Assembly: GCA_046160825.1 (NCBI GenBank)
Contig: JBJXHC010000075.1
Span: 991-64,990 of the forward strand
Direction of reading: 5' to 3'
DNA: 64,000 nt
From: Bacteroidota bacterium
Lineage (GTDB): Bacteria; Bacteroidota; Ignavibacteria; UBA10030; UBA6906
Below the pieces are notes generated by a model, which was not told the origin of the DNA, did no database searches, and was given only the letters and a program-made list of their open reading frames with translations. Shown here in pieces: positions 8,941 through 18,421 of this stretch. Each line of letters starts with the position of its first letter. Positions within the stretch are counted from its first letter, which is position 1. The translations under genes and the position numbers were made by a program.

Positions 8941-9594
8941 CTATGATTTCGATTTCTTTTCCGTGACTAATGCACCGTCACGCACATCGACATGAAAAAA
9001 CTGGTGAGCAATGGCCAGCCATTCATCGTCCGAGCATTTGTCCGAAAGATTCTGCAACAGAACCCCACCTTCCTGGAACATCAATCCAGGTGTTCTCGAA
9101 AAGAACCGGAGCAGTTCAGCGCGTTCCATATCCTGCCATTTGATGGCCGCCCTTCCAGTGAAGAGGTTATTCAGTTGGAAATTGAGTTTCGTTGGCCGCA
9201 CTTTGAATAACCATCCATCACCATAGGGAGAGCTATTGACAAGTTCAGGGTTGTTCCTTACCATTTCGTTTTTCTCGATTACCCAGCCACTCACCGGACT
9301 TCTCATGGGCACCACACGATTACCGTGTCGTACGACCCATCCAACCTCACCCTGGCGTACGCTGTGAAGCAATCGTGGGAGCTCCAACTCTTCAACGATT
9401 CCGATGACGGATTGGCCGAAATCATCGATGCCGATAATCACATCTCCATCCCGTGTTTGTCTCATCCACGTATGACCCGGATGCATGTAGCGCTTCACCA
9501 TTACGGGTTCAGGGCGGACTTCGGGTTTTTCTTTTGCCATCATTCGGATGAGAATGATGATTGTCGCAGTGATTATTGCAAGTATGAGCGACAT
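8941..9594 (-). CDS. Glycine cleavage H-like protein, N-terminal TM anchor, no lipoyl lysine
   Basis: HPGHTWM..IIGIDDF..SPVSGWVIEKN..PELVNSSPYGDGWLFKV; ESxK site replaced by RHGNRV; AAGGAG RBS before ATG 9594. Confidence 0.85.
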   Translation of the reverse strand: MSLILAIITATIIILIRMMAKEKPEVRPEPVMVKRYMHPGHTWMRQTRDGDVIIGIDDFGQSVIGIVEELELPRLLHSVRQGEVGWVVRHGNRVVPMRSPVSGWVIEKNEMVRNNPELVNSSPYGDGWLFKVRPTKLNFQLNNLFTGRAAIKWQDMERAELLRFFSRTPGLMFQEGGVLLQNLSDKCSDDEWLAIAHQFFHVDVRDGALVTEKKSKS

Positions 9595-9642
9595 GGCAAC
9601 CTCCTTTGGGATTCTGTTCACCTCTGTCGAAGAGCAATAGTC

Positions 9643-9657
9643 CCAAGAAGTTTGCCA
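9643..9657 (-). promoter_or_regulatory. sigma54-type promoter (variant -12 GG) for the leftward operon
   Basis: Minus-strand TGGCAAACTTCTTGG about 50 bp upstream of ATG 9594. Confidence 0.5.
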
Positions 9658-9680
9658 GATCACCCACGGAATTTTATCGG

Positions 9681-9767
9681 TGTAAGCTCATGCGACACAA
9701 CAGATTGGAGTCTGTTGCAAAAATGAACATGCGATGAGGTGAGATGATATAGTTGAATAATGCAACA
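9681..9767. promoter_or_regulatory. Three 17-bp TGT-N11-ACA-like boxes (putative enhancer-binding-protein UAS)
   Basis: TGTAAGCTCATGCGACA (9681), TGTTGCAAAAATGAACA (9713), AGTTGAATAATGCAACA (9751) upstream of the sigma54 motif. Confidence 0.45.
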
Positions 9768-10063
9768 GCACCTTCGGATGGGAGCCAGGGTTTTGTCTGG
9801 ATCTGCTTGTTGTCAATAGGGTTGAAAATGTGTTGAAAATTGAATCGGGACTGTGTAAGTACTCATCACTTCCAGACTGGAGGTCGTTGATGCGGGAACA
9901 AAGTCAAGTCCCATTCATGTTGCCCCACTGGACGGAATTTGCACCTCCAGAAATAGCTGTTGAGGTTTTCAATACTGGCATCCATTCCGACCCATATTTC
10001 TCACAATTGAGAAGATGCAGCCCTATTTGAGACGCAATTCCAGCAATTTATTGCGTTCCACCT

Positions 10064-10078
10064 CGGCATGTGGTTTGA
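10064..10078 (+). promoter_or_regulatory. sigma54-type promoter (variant -12 GA)
   Basis: CGGCATGTGGTTTGA about 50 bp upstream of ATG 10128. Confidence 0.45.
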
Positions 10079-10127
10079 ACTTGTGAAAGGTGTTGAATTG
10101 TCGATACAACAGTCGATTTGCACGGTG

Positions 10128-12266
10128 ATGAAACTCTCAACACTCATACTCACATTTATTTTCTCTTCGATTGCTGGACTGGACCTCCTTGCCCAGGACA
10201 ACAATCAGTGTCTGACCTGTCACGGTGAGCACACCCTTTCAATGGAGAAGAAGGGAAAGTCGATTTCCCTTTTTGTGAATGCGCCCGCATTGCAGAAGTC
10301 AGCACACGGCGATCTCGAATGCGTCGGATGCCATGAAGGACTTTCCGGCGATGAGATTCCGCATGCAAAGAAGATCAAAGCTGTCGACTGCATGAGCTGC
10401 CACGACAGCCAGGGGCTTACCCATTACAAGGAAAGCGTCCACGCTCTCAAGAAGGCAAATGGGTCTGCTGCGGCTACCTGCGCGGACTGTCATTCAACGC
10501 ACGCGATTCAGAGAATCTCTGAAAAGGATCCCCATGCAAGGCAAGAATTTGGTATTGGCGTCTGCGCGACTTGTCACAATGATCTGAAAAACAAGTTCAT
10601 GGCTTCAGACCATGGCAAAGCCTTCAAGGCCGGCACAAAAGGGGCTCCGGCCTGTATAGACTGTCATGGCGAACACGGAGTTCAATCCGCGCTGAATGAC
10701 TCATCAACCACAAACCACAAGCAAGTTGCGGCAGTGTGTTTGAGCTGTCATCTGGATAATCCGGATGTCCGTGCGAAGGTTGGACCCTCTGCCGGGTTTG
10801 TGTCAAGCTATGAGCAGAGTGTTCACGGTCAGGCGTTGAAGCATGGAAATGACATGGCTGCAACGTGTACTGATTGCCACAGCAGTCACGAAATGCGAAA
10901 GGGGTCTGACCCCCTGTCAAAGGTTGCAAAGAAAAACATTGCCTCAACGTGTGGCCAATGCCACGGCGATGTTGAATCGCAGTACGCCTTCAGCGTTCAT
11001 GGCAAGGCGGTCGCTGCCGGGATTGCTGCTTCAGCGACGTGTACAGACTGTCACGGTGAGCATAACATCCTCTCGCCAAAAGACGACCGTTCGCCTGTTT
11101 CCACAAAGAATGTTTCCGTTCAGGTCTGCTCGCCATGTCATGCGTCCGTTAAACTCAACGAGAAGTACGGGTTGGCCAGCGACCGATTCCAGAGTTTCGC
11201 GGACAGTTACCATGGTCTTGCAGGCAGAGCGGGTGATATCGAGGTTGCCAATTGCGCAAGCTGCCACGGCATTCATGACATCAAACCCTCCACAGATTCA
11301 ACATCTCGAATTCATGCCAAGAATCTTGTGAACACATGTGGTACATGTCATCCCGGTGCCAATGAGAACTTCACCAAAGGCTCCGTGCATGTCATCGCAA
11401 CTTCCGGTGAGGACAGGATTCTGTATTTTGTTGCCACCTCCTACATCGTCCTGATTATTGTGACGATCGGCGGAATGTTCCTCCATAATCTTCTCGATTT
11501 CATAAGGAAGTCAAAGCGGAAATTGATGGAGCGCCGCGGATTGATCCACCACCCACCAGCGGAAAACAGGTTGTATCTGCGGATGTCGCTGGGGGAAAGA
11601 ATTCAGCACGGTACTCTGCTCGTCAGTTTTACAACACTTGTGCTTACAGGTTTTGCACTCCGGTTTCCGGATGCCTGGTGGGTGGCTCCAGTGCGCGATA
11701 TTAGTCCAATGATGTTTGACCTCCGGAGTCTCAGTCACAGGATTGCCGGCGTGCTGATGGTACTCGTAAGTCTTTATCACATCTACTACGTTCTTGTTGT
11801 CCCCAGAGGAAAGCAACTTCTGCGTGATATGCTTCCCGGGCGAAACGATCTTACCGATGTGTATGGCGTTGTGAAATACAACCTCGGACTTGCATCCGTC
11901 AAGCCGGGGTTCAAACGCTTCAGCTACATTGAGAAGGCCGAGTATTGGGCACTCATCTGGGGAACGTTTGTGATGGCCGTGACCGGGTTCATCCTCTGGT
12001 TCGACAATATGTTCATTGGCCTGCTCACAAAACTCGGATGGGATATTGCGCGCACCATCCACTATTACGAGGCCTGGCTTGCGACGCTTGCAATCATAGT
12101 CTGGCATTTCTACTTCGTAATCTTCAACCCCGATACGTATCCACTCAACGTCGCTTTTTGGAAGGGGACGCTCACGGAAGAAGAAATGCATGAGGAACAT
12201 CCACTGGAGTTGGAGGAATTGAAGCGAAAGGAAGAATCTGAAGGAGAAACAGGTGGAGAGGGCTAA
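10128..12266 (+). CDS. CbcL-like multiheme c-type (13 CxxCH) / cytochrome b fusion, inner-membrane quinol oxidoreductase
   Basis: Signal peptide, 13 CxxCH motifs, then TM helices with an FdnI/HydC-type cytochrome b domain (ERIQH, HRIAG, SYIEKAEYWA, HYYEAWLA..WHFY). Confidence 0.88.
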   Translation: MKLSTLILTFIFSSIAGLDLLAQDNNQCLTCHGEHTLSMEKKGKSISLFVNAPALQKSAHGDLECVGCHEGLSGDEIPHAKKIKAVDCMSCHDSQGLTHYKESVHALKKANGSAAATCADCHSTHAIQRISEKDPHARQEFGIGVCATCHNDLKNKFMASDHGKAFKAGTKGAPACIDCHGEHGVQSALNDSSTTNHKQVAAVCLSCHLDNPDVRAKVGPSAGFVSSYEQSVHGQALKHGNDMAATCTDCHSSHEMRKGSDPLSKVAKKNIASTCGQCHGDVESQYAFSVHGKAVAAGIAASATCTDCHGEHNILSPKDDRSPVSTKNVSVQVCSPCHASVKLNEKYGLASDRFQSFADSYHGLAGRAGDIEVANCASCHGIHDIKPSTDSTSRIHAKNLVNTCGTCHPGANENFTKGSVHVIATSGEDRILYFVATSYIVLIIVTIGGMFLHNLLDFIRKSKRKLMERRGLIHHPPAENRLYLRMSLGERIQHGTLLVSFTTLVLTGFALRFPDAWWVAPVRDISPMMFDLRSLSHRIAGVLMVLVSLYHIYYVLVVPRGKQLLRDMLPGRNDLTDVYGVVKYNLGLASVKPGFKRFSYIEKAEYWALIWGTFVMAVTGFILWFDNMFIGLLTKLGWDIARTIHYYEAWLATLAIIVWHFYFVIFNPDTYPLNVAFWKGTLTEEEMHEEHPLELEELKRKEESEGETGGEG

Positions 12267-12507
12267 CACACGAGTCATCGAGGGTGTCATCCCTTTTTCA
12301 TCCTTGTGGATGATTCCCTCAGAAGGGAAAAAACCTTATTTTTTGGCATGAATATTATTATGACTACGTCAGTTCACAATTTTCATGGATTGCTTGTGTA
12401 CAAAACGAGTCCTTGTTACATTGGTTACAAGTACGATGTTGTTGCTCACCGTTCTTTTCTTGATGTGATTCACTTCTTACTGTCACCCATTGCCTAAGGA
12501 GAAAAAA

Positions 12508-13047
12508 ATGAGATCAGCCACGCGGGCCACTGCAATCATGCTTGCTACCCTTGTTGCAATCGGCGTTACTCTTGCCGATAATAAGTATACAGGTTCCAAG
12601 ATGTGCGCCGCCTGCCATAAGTCGGGCAAAGGCGGAACTGCGTACGCAGTTTGGGAAAAGAGTGCCCACGCCAAAGCGTATCAAACATTACTCAGTGACG
12701 CGTCCAAAAAAATCGCGAAGGACAAGGGACTGAAGACTGCGCCACATGAAAGTCCGGAATGCCTCAAGTGTCACGTGACCGGTGGTGGTGCAGCGAAGAA
12801 TATTGAGGCCTCGTTTAAGAAGGAAGAGGGCATCACGTGCGAAGCATGCCACGGGGCGGCATCGGCATACAAAATGCTTCATAGCAAGGGTGATCTTGCA
12901 AAGTCAAAGGCGGCGGGGATGGATCCCGGCCAGAAAGATGCGAAGTTCTGTGTTACCTGCCATAATGCTGAAAGCCCGTCGCACAAGTCAGCTTTCAAGT
13001 TGGACGAGATGTGGGTAAAAATAGAACACGCCCTTCCAAAGAAATAG
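12508..13047 (+). CDS. Periplasmic tetraheme cytochrome c (c554 family)
   Basis: Signal peptide; YTGSKMCAACH, WEKSAHAKA, CLKCH, GITCEACHG, CVTCH; Lys-rich. Confidence 0.85.
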   Translation: MRSATRATAIMLATLVAIGVTLADNKYTGSKMCAACHKSGKGGTAYAVWEKSAHAKAYQTLLSDASKKIAKDKGLKTAPHESPECLKCHVTGGGAAKNIEASFKKEEGITCEACHGAASAYKMLHSKGDLAKSKAAGMDPGQKDAKFCVTCHNAESPSHKSAFKLDEMWVKIEHALPKK

Positions 13048-13116
13048 CTGAGCCCTGGCCGCGTGTATCGACGGCGAGGATTTGATTCATCGGTTCGCTT
13101 GACTACGGAGTTCCAC

Positions 13117-14613
13117 TTGAAGCGCCGATTTCCGGATGTGATCTATAATCCCATCAGCATCGTAGGTGCTGCGCTCGCGAGCGTCAGCTTTGCAACCATT
13201 CTCTTCCTCACGCTGGTCGATATCACGCAGGATCATCCGCCTGCATACATCGGCATTATCTCTTATGTTATCCTTCCCGTACCGTTGGTTGTCGGGTTGG
13301 CCACCATCCCGATCGGAATTCTCCGCGAGAAGGCCCGTTTGCGCCAAGGTCTACCTGCCAGCCGGATGGCCTTTACGCTTGATCTCAATATTCCGAGGCA
13401 ACGCGCCGCGATCATGCTTTTCGGCAGCGCAACAATCATCTTCCTCTTGTTCACGGCGTACGGCAGCTACAGGACATTCGAATGGACGGAATCAGTCGAG
13501 TTCTGCGGCGAGACGTGTCATTCGGTGATGGAACCTGAATTTACCGCGTACTTGAATTCTCCTCATGCACGTGTGAAGTGCGTGGAGTGCCATGTTGGAT
13601 CCGGTGCCGATTGGTACCTGAGGTCAAAGCTGAGCGGAGCGTACCAAGTCTACGCAGTCATTGCCAACAACTATCCCCGGCCGATTCCAACGCCGATAGC
13701 GAACCTGCGTCCAGCGCAGGAAACATGCGAACAGTGTCACTGGCCTTCGCACTTTGCCGGGGAGAAGAAATATGTGAACACGTACTTCAAGTCGGATGAA
13801 CAGAACACCCGATGGACCATTGCCCTTTTGATGAAAACGGGAGGTGGTAGCGCCGACCGTAGCCCGACGAGCGGCATTCATTGGCATATGAATATTGCAA
13901 ATGAAATCACGTACGTCGCAACCGATACCCAGCGTCAGACAATCCCCTGGGTGAAAACCAAAAATAAGTTGACAGGTGAGGAGACGGAGTATCTCTCTTC
14001 CGATGCAACGGAGTCGATAGACGAGCTGATGAAAGTCTCACCCAACAGAATGGACTGCATTGACTGCCACAACAGGCCCTCACACATATATCGTCCTCCT
14101 GTCCGCATTGTTGACCAGAGCCTGGCCCTGGGAAGAATCAGCACCGACCTTCCAAGCATTCGTACCGCGTCCATTCAGGCATTGACAGAACCCTATACAT
14201 CGACCGAAGCAGCAATGGACAGCATCCCATTGATGATGGCTAATTTCTATGCTGATCAATATCCCATTGTGGCAGAAGAGAAGAAGGATCTCATCGCCAG
14301 TGCCTCCGAAGAACTTAAGACCCAGTTCAGTCGAAATTTCTTCCCGAAGATGAAGGTCAACTGGAAGGCATACCCCAACAATATTGGACACATGACGGAC
14401 CTGGGCTGTTTCCGTTGCCACGACGGGAAACATGTCAGCTCTACCGGCAAGGTGATCTCAAAAGACTGTAATAGTTGCCATACAATACTGTATCAAGGGA
14501 GCGACCCCGTTCCGACAACATTGAGTATTGCGGGACTTGAGTTCCAGCACCCTGAAGACATCGGTGAAATCTGGAAGGAAATGAATTGCAAGGATTGTCA
14601 TACCGGTCAATGA
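13117..14613 (+). CDS. NapC/NirT-family multiheme quinol dehydrogenase, ImcH-like (7 heme motifs)
   Basis: 3 N-terminal TM helices; FCGETCH (CX3CH), SPHARVKCVECH, CEQCH, CIDCH, CFRCH, CNSCH, CKDCH; start TTG 13117 after GGAG (ORF open from 13063). Confidence 0.85.
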   Translation: MKRRFPDVIYNPISIVGAALASVSFATILFLTLVDITQDHPPAYIGIISYVILPVPLVVGLATIPIGILREKARLRQGLPASRMAFTLDLNIPRQRAAIMLFGSATIIFLLFTAYGSYRTFEWTESVEFCGETCHSVMEPEFTAYLNSPHARVKCVECHVGSGADWYLRSKLSGAYQVYAVIANNYPRPIPTPIANLRPAQETCEQCHWPSHFAGEKKYVNTYFKSDEQNTRWTIALLMKTGGGSADRSPTSGIHWHMNIANEITYVATDTQRQTIPWVKTKNKLTGEETEYLSSDATESIDELMKVSPNRMDCIDCHNRPSHIYRPPVRIVDQSLALGRISTDLPSIRTASIQALTEPYTSTEAAMDSIPLMMANFYADQYPIVAEEKKDLIASASEELKTQFSRNFFPKMKVNWKAYPNNIGHMTDLGCFRCHDGKHVSSTGKVISKDCNSCHTILYQGSDPVPTTLSIAGLEFQHPEDIGEIWKEMNCKDCHTGQ

Positions 14614-14730
14614 GGATTCATTTTTGATAAATGGGGTGATGTGTCTTTCTAAGTATTGAGAAAGGCCGGTCTCCCGGTTTCGGAAGCATAGGTTTTTCAA
14701 GGGTTTGGCAGGGTTTTCAAGAAGCACTGT

Positions 14731-14745
14731 TGGCATGCAGATTGC
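14731..14745 (+). promoter_or_regulatory. sigma54 -24/-12 promoter (canonical)
   Basis: TGGCATGCAGATTGC = GG-N10-GC, upstream of the porin-cytochrome genes. Confidence 0.7.
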
Positions 14746-14791
14746 CAACGTCTAAATGGATTTGAACTATCCACCGAGAGCGAATCGGACC

Positions 14792-16108
14792 ATGAGCGCA
14801 AAAACTGCTTTCTCGAAGAATCATACACGCCTTCTTACCATAGTCGCATTGTATGCATGCAGTGCCTCACTTGCTTTCGGGCAGTTGGTCAACGGTCGTT
14901 TCATTACTTCAGTGTACACATGGAAACAATATGACACCGTGGATGTCTCGAAGACATACGCACGTGGCTTTCAGTCGGTGCTATTGGACGTTGCGCAAAA
15001 CGACTTTAGTCTTCACGGCCACTTTCAGGGTGCCGTAATGCTGCAAAGCAAGCTCGATGAACTTCCGGATTACAGGCTCTACTACGGCTACGCACAGTGG
15101 AAGAACATCGCTGATGTCGCGGACCTGTCGTTCGGAAGAGTTCCATTCTTTGTCGGTGTCGGTTCGGGGACGATTGATGGAGCGCTGACCAGGCTGAACT
15201 TCATGGACAAATCAGTTCGCCTGACACTGTATGGTGGGGCGAACACTCCGCTTGACATGACAATAAAAGAGTGGGGGCCTCTCAACAAGAATTTTACCGT
15301 TGGCGGTCAGATTCTCATGACAGCACTTGATGAGTGGCGCTTTGGTCTCAGCTATATGAATCGGCAACGTGAGCGGCCCGGCTACTGGGCACTTCGGGCG
15401 GATTCACTTTTCAATCCAACAACACTCTATGTTGATCCGAACCAAACGAAGGAGCAATACGCAAGCGGCGACATTTCTTATTCCCTCCCCAACATAGGCT
15501 TCCGGGTGCGGTATGACTATAACATCGACTACGAAAAGACCCAGCGTGGACAAGTAGGCGTTCGCTACTATCCATCCGATGAATGGATTGTGAGTGCTGA
15601 ATATCTTCATCGTGCGCCGCGGCTGTTCAGCAATTCATTCTTCGCGGTCTTTAACGCGCATACAACGGATGAAATGGAAGGCGGTGTGGATTACATAGTG
15701 ATGCCCTCGGTTCGTACGTACGTCCGTGGCGCGTATGTGCAATACTCCGGGGACAATAGTTTTCGCTACACGGTGGGAGTGGCGAATGACTACGCCTCGG
15801 CCAGCTACCGCGGAAGTACGGGATACGCTGGCGAGCTAAGTACCATTTCGCTGCAAGGGTCGTACCCGCTCTGTGAACGCATGTTCATCCCAACTGCCGG
15901 CGTTTCGTTCACCTCATACAAACTCAACGTGGCCGACAATACCGAGAACACGCTTGCCGCAACCCTTGGCCTGATTGCCCGTCCCCTGCAAATGCTCTCG
16001 ATCGATGTTCAGGGACAGTGGTTAAAGAATAAAGTCTATGAAAATGATGTGCGTTTGTACGTGGGGTTGAATATCTGGTTCACCGAACGGTTACACCTGT
16101 TTGAGTGA
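14792..16108 (+). CDS. Outer-membrane beta-barrel protein (putative porin of a porin-cytochrome complex)
   Basis: Signal peptide; Tyr/Gly-rich alternating amphipathic strands; aromatic C-terminus; directly upstream of multiheme cytochromes. Confidence 0.75.
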   Translation: MSAKTAFSKNHTRLLTIVALYACSASLAFGQLVNGRFITSVYTWKQYDTVDVSKTYARGFQSVLLDVAQNDFSLHGHFQGAVMLQSKLDELPDYRLYYGYAQWKNIADVADLSFGRVPFFVGVGSGTIDGALTRLNFMDKSVRLTLYGGANTPLDMTIKEWGPLNKNFTVGGQILMTALDEWRFGLSYMNRQRERPGYWALRADSLFNPTTLYVDPNQTKEQYASGDISYSLPNIGFRVRYDYNIDYEKTQRGQVGVRYYPSDEWIVSAEYLHRAPRLFSNSFFAVFNAHTTDEMEGGVDYIVMPSVRTYVRGAYVQYSGDNSFRYTVGVANDYASASYRGSTGYAGELSTISLQGSYPLCERMFIPTAGVSFTSYKLNVADNTENTLAATLGLIARPLQMLSIDVQGQWLKNKVYENDVRLYVGLNIWFTERLHLFE

Positions 16109-16117
16109 GAGGTCCGA

Positions 16118-17179
16118 ATGATCCGTAAATATCTTCTCTTCACATCCACGTTGACCCTGGTTCTCGCCATTGCGACAATGACAAACCTGCGCGTCATTGC
16201 GGGAAATACAATACCGGACACTCAGGACACCCATCCTTCCGGTATCAAGTTCTCACACAAAAAGCATATTCAGGAATTGGGTGCTGATTGCGCAACGTGC
16301 CATCCTTCCGGTGCAACAAGCAAGTTTTCGAAGGACGACCTTCGAAGTACACATGACCAGTGTACGACGTGCCATGAGGAACAGGTGACAAACGATTGTG
16401 CGTTCTGCCACACGAATCCGGAGAATATCGTCGCGCGTCCGGTCGCTGACCGGGAGATTATCTTCTCGCACGAAAGCCATCTTGCGATGACGGGTGTGGG
16501 GTGCGCCACGTGCCATAAGGGTGTGGAGGAAGTGGACCTTTCCAGCGCAAAGAACCTGCCCGACATGGCTACATGCAATACGTGTCATAATGATCGCAAG
16601 GCCACAAACACCTGTGAATCATGTCATACGGATTTCGTAACGCTGATTCCGACAGACCACAAGCGATCTGATTTTCTTCGCACACATCGTGACGAAGCAC
16701 GGCTCGGAGGCTTGCAGGCATCGTGTCAAACATGTCACAGCGAGCCATTCTGCCAGCAATGTCACCAGGGAGCCGGGCTGAAAGCATTTCGTCAGAAGGA
16801 CCTGATGGTGGAACCACGCGCGAAGACTTCGACAAAGGACTCGCCGAAACGAACGATCTTGCAGAATGTGCATGAGTTGAACTATCGCTTCATGCACGGC
16901 ATTGACGCACGCGCCAAACAATCGGACTGCGCTTCATGTCACTCTACGGAGACATTCTGTGCGACATGCCATGAAGCGGGTGGCAACATTACGCAGGGCG
17001 TGTTCAAGCCAAAGTCACACTCGGTTCCGGGATTCACAACGCTGGGTCGGGGAACGGGCGGCGGCCTCCACGCTGAAGAAGCGCGCCGCGATATTGAGAA
17101 CTGTGCAAGTTGCCACAATGTTGAGGGCCGCGACCCGAGTTGCATGACGTGCCACACTGAATCAGGACAGGTTCGCTAA
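16118..17179 (+). CDS. Periplasmic dodecaheme cytochrome c (c3/c7-like repeats)
   Basis: Signal peptide; 12 CxxCH motifs in about 325 aa; FSHKKH and FSHESH distal-His motifs. Confidence 0.9.
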   Translation: MIRKYLLFTSTLTLVLAIATMTNLRVIAGNTIPDTQDTHPSGIKFSHKKHIQELGADCATCHPSGATSKFSKDDLRSTHDQCTTCHEEQVTNDCAFCHTNPENIVARPVADREIIFSHESHLAMTGVGCATCHKGVEEVDLSSAKNLPDMATCNTCHNDRKATNTCESCHTDFVTLIPTDHKRSDFLRTHRDEARLGGLQASCQTCHSEPFCQQCHQGAGLKAFRQKDLMVEPRAKTSTKDSPKRTILQNVHELNYRFMHGIDARAKQSDCASCHSTETFCATCHEAGGNITQGVFKPKSHSVPGFTTLGRGTGGGLHAEEARRDIENCASCHNVEGRDPSCMTCHTESGQVR

Positions 17180-17228
17180 GTTAATGATGCCGAATGCAGA
17201 GAACGATTCATCCACAGGAGTAACGATC

Positions 17229-18386
17229 ATGAAAACCACATCTGTTTCTTTTTTTGCGCTTGTCATTACAATTGTTTTCGGAATCATGGTCCTTGCCGGC
17301 TGTGAGGGTCCTGAAGGACCTTCCGGTAAAGATGGTACCAATGCCACTGTCGACCTTGAGGGTTTTGCGCCCGGGATCAGGTGTGCAACGTGCCACGATG
17401 CGGACGCTGATACAGTGTATTATGTTGCCGGTCGATCGTATCAGTTTAGTTCATCCATTCACGCAACTGGTGGTAACTCGGATCGCAACGGCGTGAATTG
17501 CTCAGGATGTCACTCTACTGAAGGTTTCGTTGAGAGAGCTAGGGGAGGATTTCAAACCCAATTGGCGTCTGAAATTCTCAATCCCAGTCCCCCCGGTTGC
17601 TTTGCCTGTCACTCGCCTCATGCTCGGGCGGATTTCTCATTGCGGACTGAGGCACCAGTTACTATAACTTCGTACATAGAAGGAGTACCTGATGTGACAG
17701 TCGATTATGGCAAGGGTAATCTCTGCTTGCAATGCCACCAGACACGACAGACATCGCCGATGAGCCCGAAGCCGGATCCGACAAAAACTGCAATTACAGA
17801 CACGATCGTCATAACATCCAGTAGATGGTACCCGCACTATGGCGTCAATGGACAGATGTTGGGCGGCACGGGAGGATTCAAGTTTGCAGGCTACACATAC
17901 ACCGGAAACTCAAACCATACCGCCAACCTTGCAATCGAACAGGAAGGGTGCATCTCGTGCCATATGGCCGAGCCAACAGGAACTCAGGCGGGCAAGGGTG
18001 GCGGACATACATTCAAGGTTGGGTACGAGTTCGGAGGAACGCCCGGAACGGTTCTTACAGGTTGCCGAGATGCCGGTTGCCACGGTTCTTCATTTGCGTC
18101 TGTGAATTATGCCGGTGCGACAACGGCACCAGTAGGAGCACAAACTGCAATTAACGCGAACCTTGATACGTTGAAGCAATTGCTTGTTGCACGAAACTGG
18201 TTGAATCCAACAACCGATCTTCTCCGTGCCAGTGCATCGGCTCCGTTGCGCATTGCCCCTGCAGCAAAAGCCGGGGCCATTTACAACTATTACTTCATCG
18301 AGCATGAAGGAAGCCACGGAGTACACAACACCCGGTATGCATATGAATTGTTGCGGTCTTCCATTGCCGAGTTGAGAGCGCCATAG
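17229..18386 (+). CDS. Multiheme cytochrome c lipoprotein (5 CxxCH + 1 CX4CH)
   Basis: Lipobox LAG-C, short Gly-X-Y stretch, CATCH, CSGCH, CFACH, CLQCH, CISCH, CRDAGCH; C-terminal SHGVHN; AGGAG RBS. Confidence 0.85.
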   Translation: MKTTSVSFFALVITIVFGIMVLAGCEGPEGPSGKDGTNATVDLEGFAPGIRCATCHDADADTVYYVAGRSYQFSSSIHATGGNSDRNGVNCSGCHSTEGFVERARGGFQTQLASEILNPSPPGCFACHSPHARADFSLRTEAPVTITSYIEGVPDVTVDYGKGNLCLQCHQTRQTSPMSPKPDPTKTAITDTIVITSSRWYPHYGVNGQMLGGTGGFKFAGYTYTGNSNHTANLAIEQEGCISCHMAEPTGTQAGKGGGHTFKVGYEFGGTPGTVLTGCRDAGCHGSSFASVNYAGATTAPVGAQTAINANLDTLKQLLVARNWLNPTTDLLRASASAPLRIAPAAKAGAIYNYYFIEHEGSHGVHNTRYAYELLRSSIAELRAP

Positions 18387-18421
18387 TTTTCGCAACGTAT
18401 TCAAGAAAGAACATCAGCGCC

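Noticed and set aside
8214-9594. Glycine cleavage system or sHdr lipoate-binding proteins
   Set aside because: No lipoyl lysine, and no gcvP/T/L, lipoate ligase or hdr genes nearby
12344-12358. Possible sigma54 motif TGGCATGAATATTAT before the c554 gene
   Set aside because: The -12 position lacks the G found in all the other sites, and it lies farther from the start codon
17295-17345. Collagen-like repeat in the lipoprotein cytochrome
   Set aside because: Only about 3-4 Gly-X-Y triplets (GPEGPSGKDG), a common short lipoprotein linker
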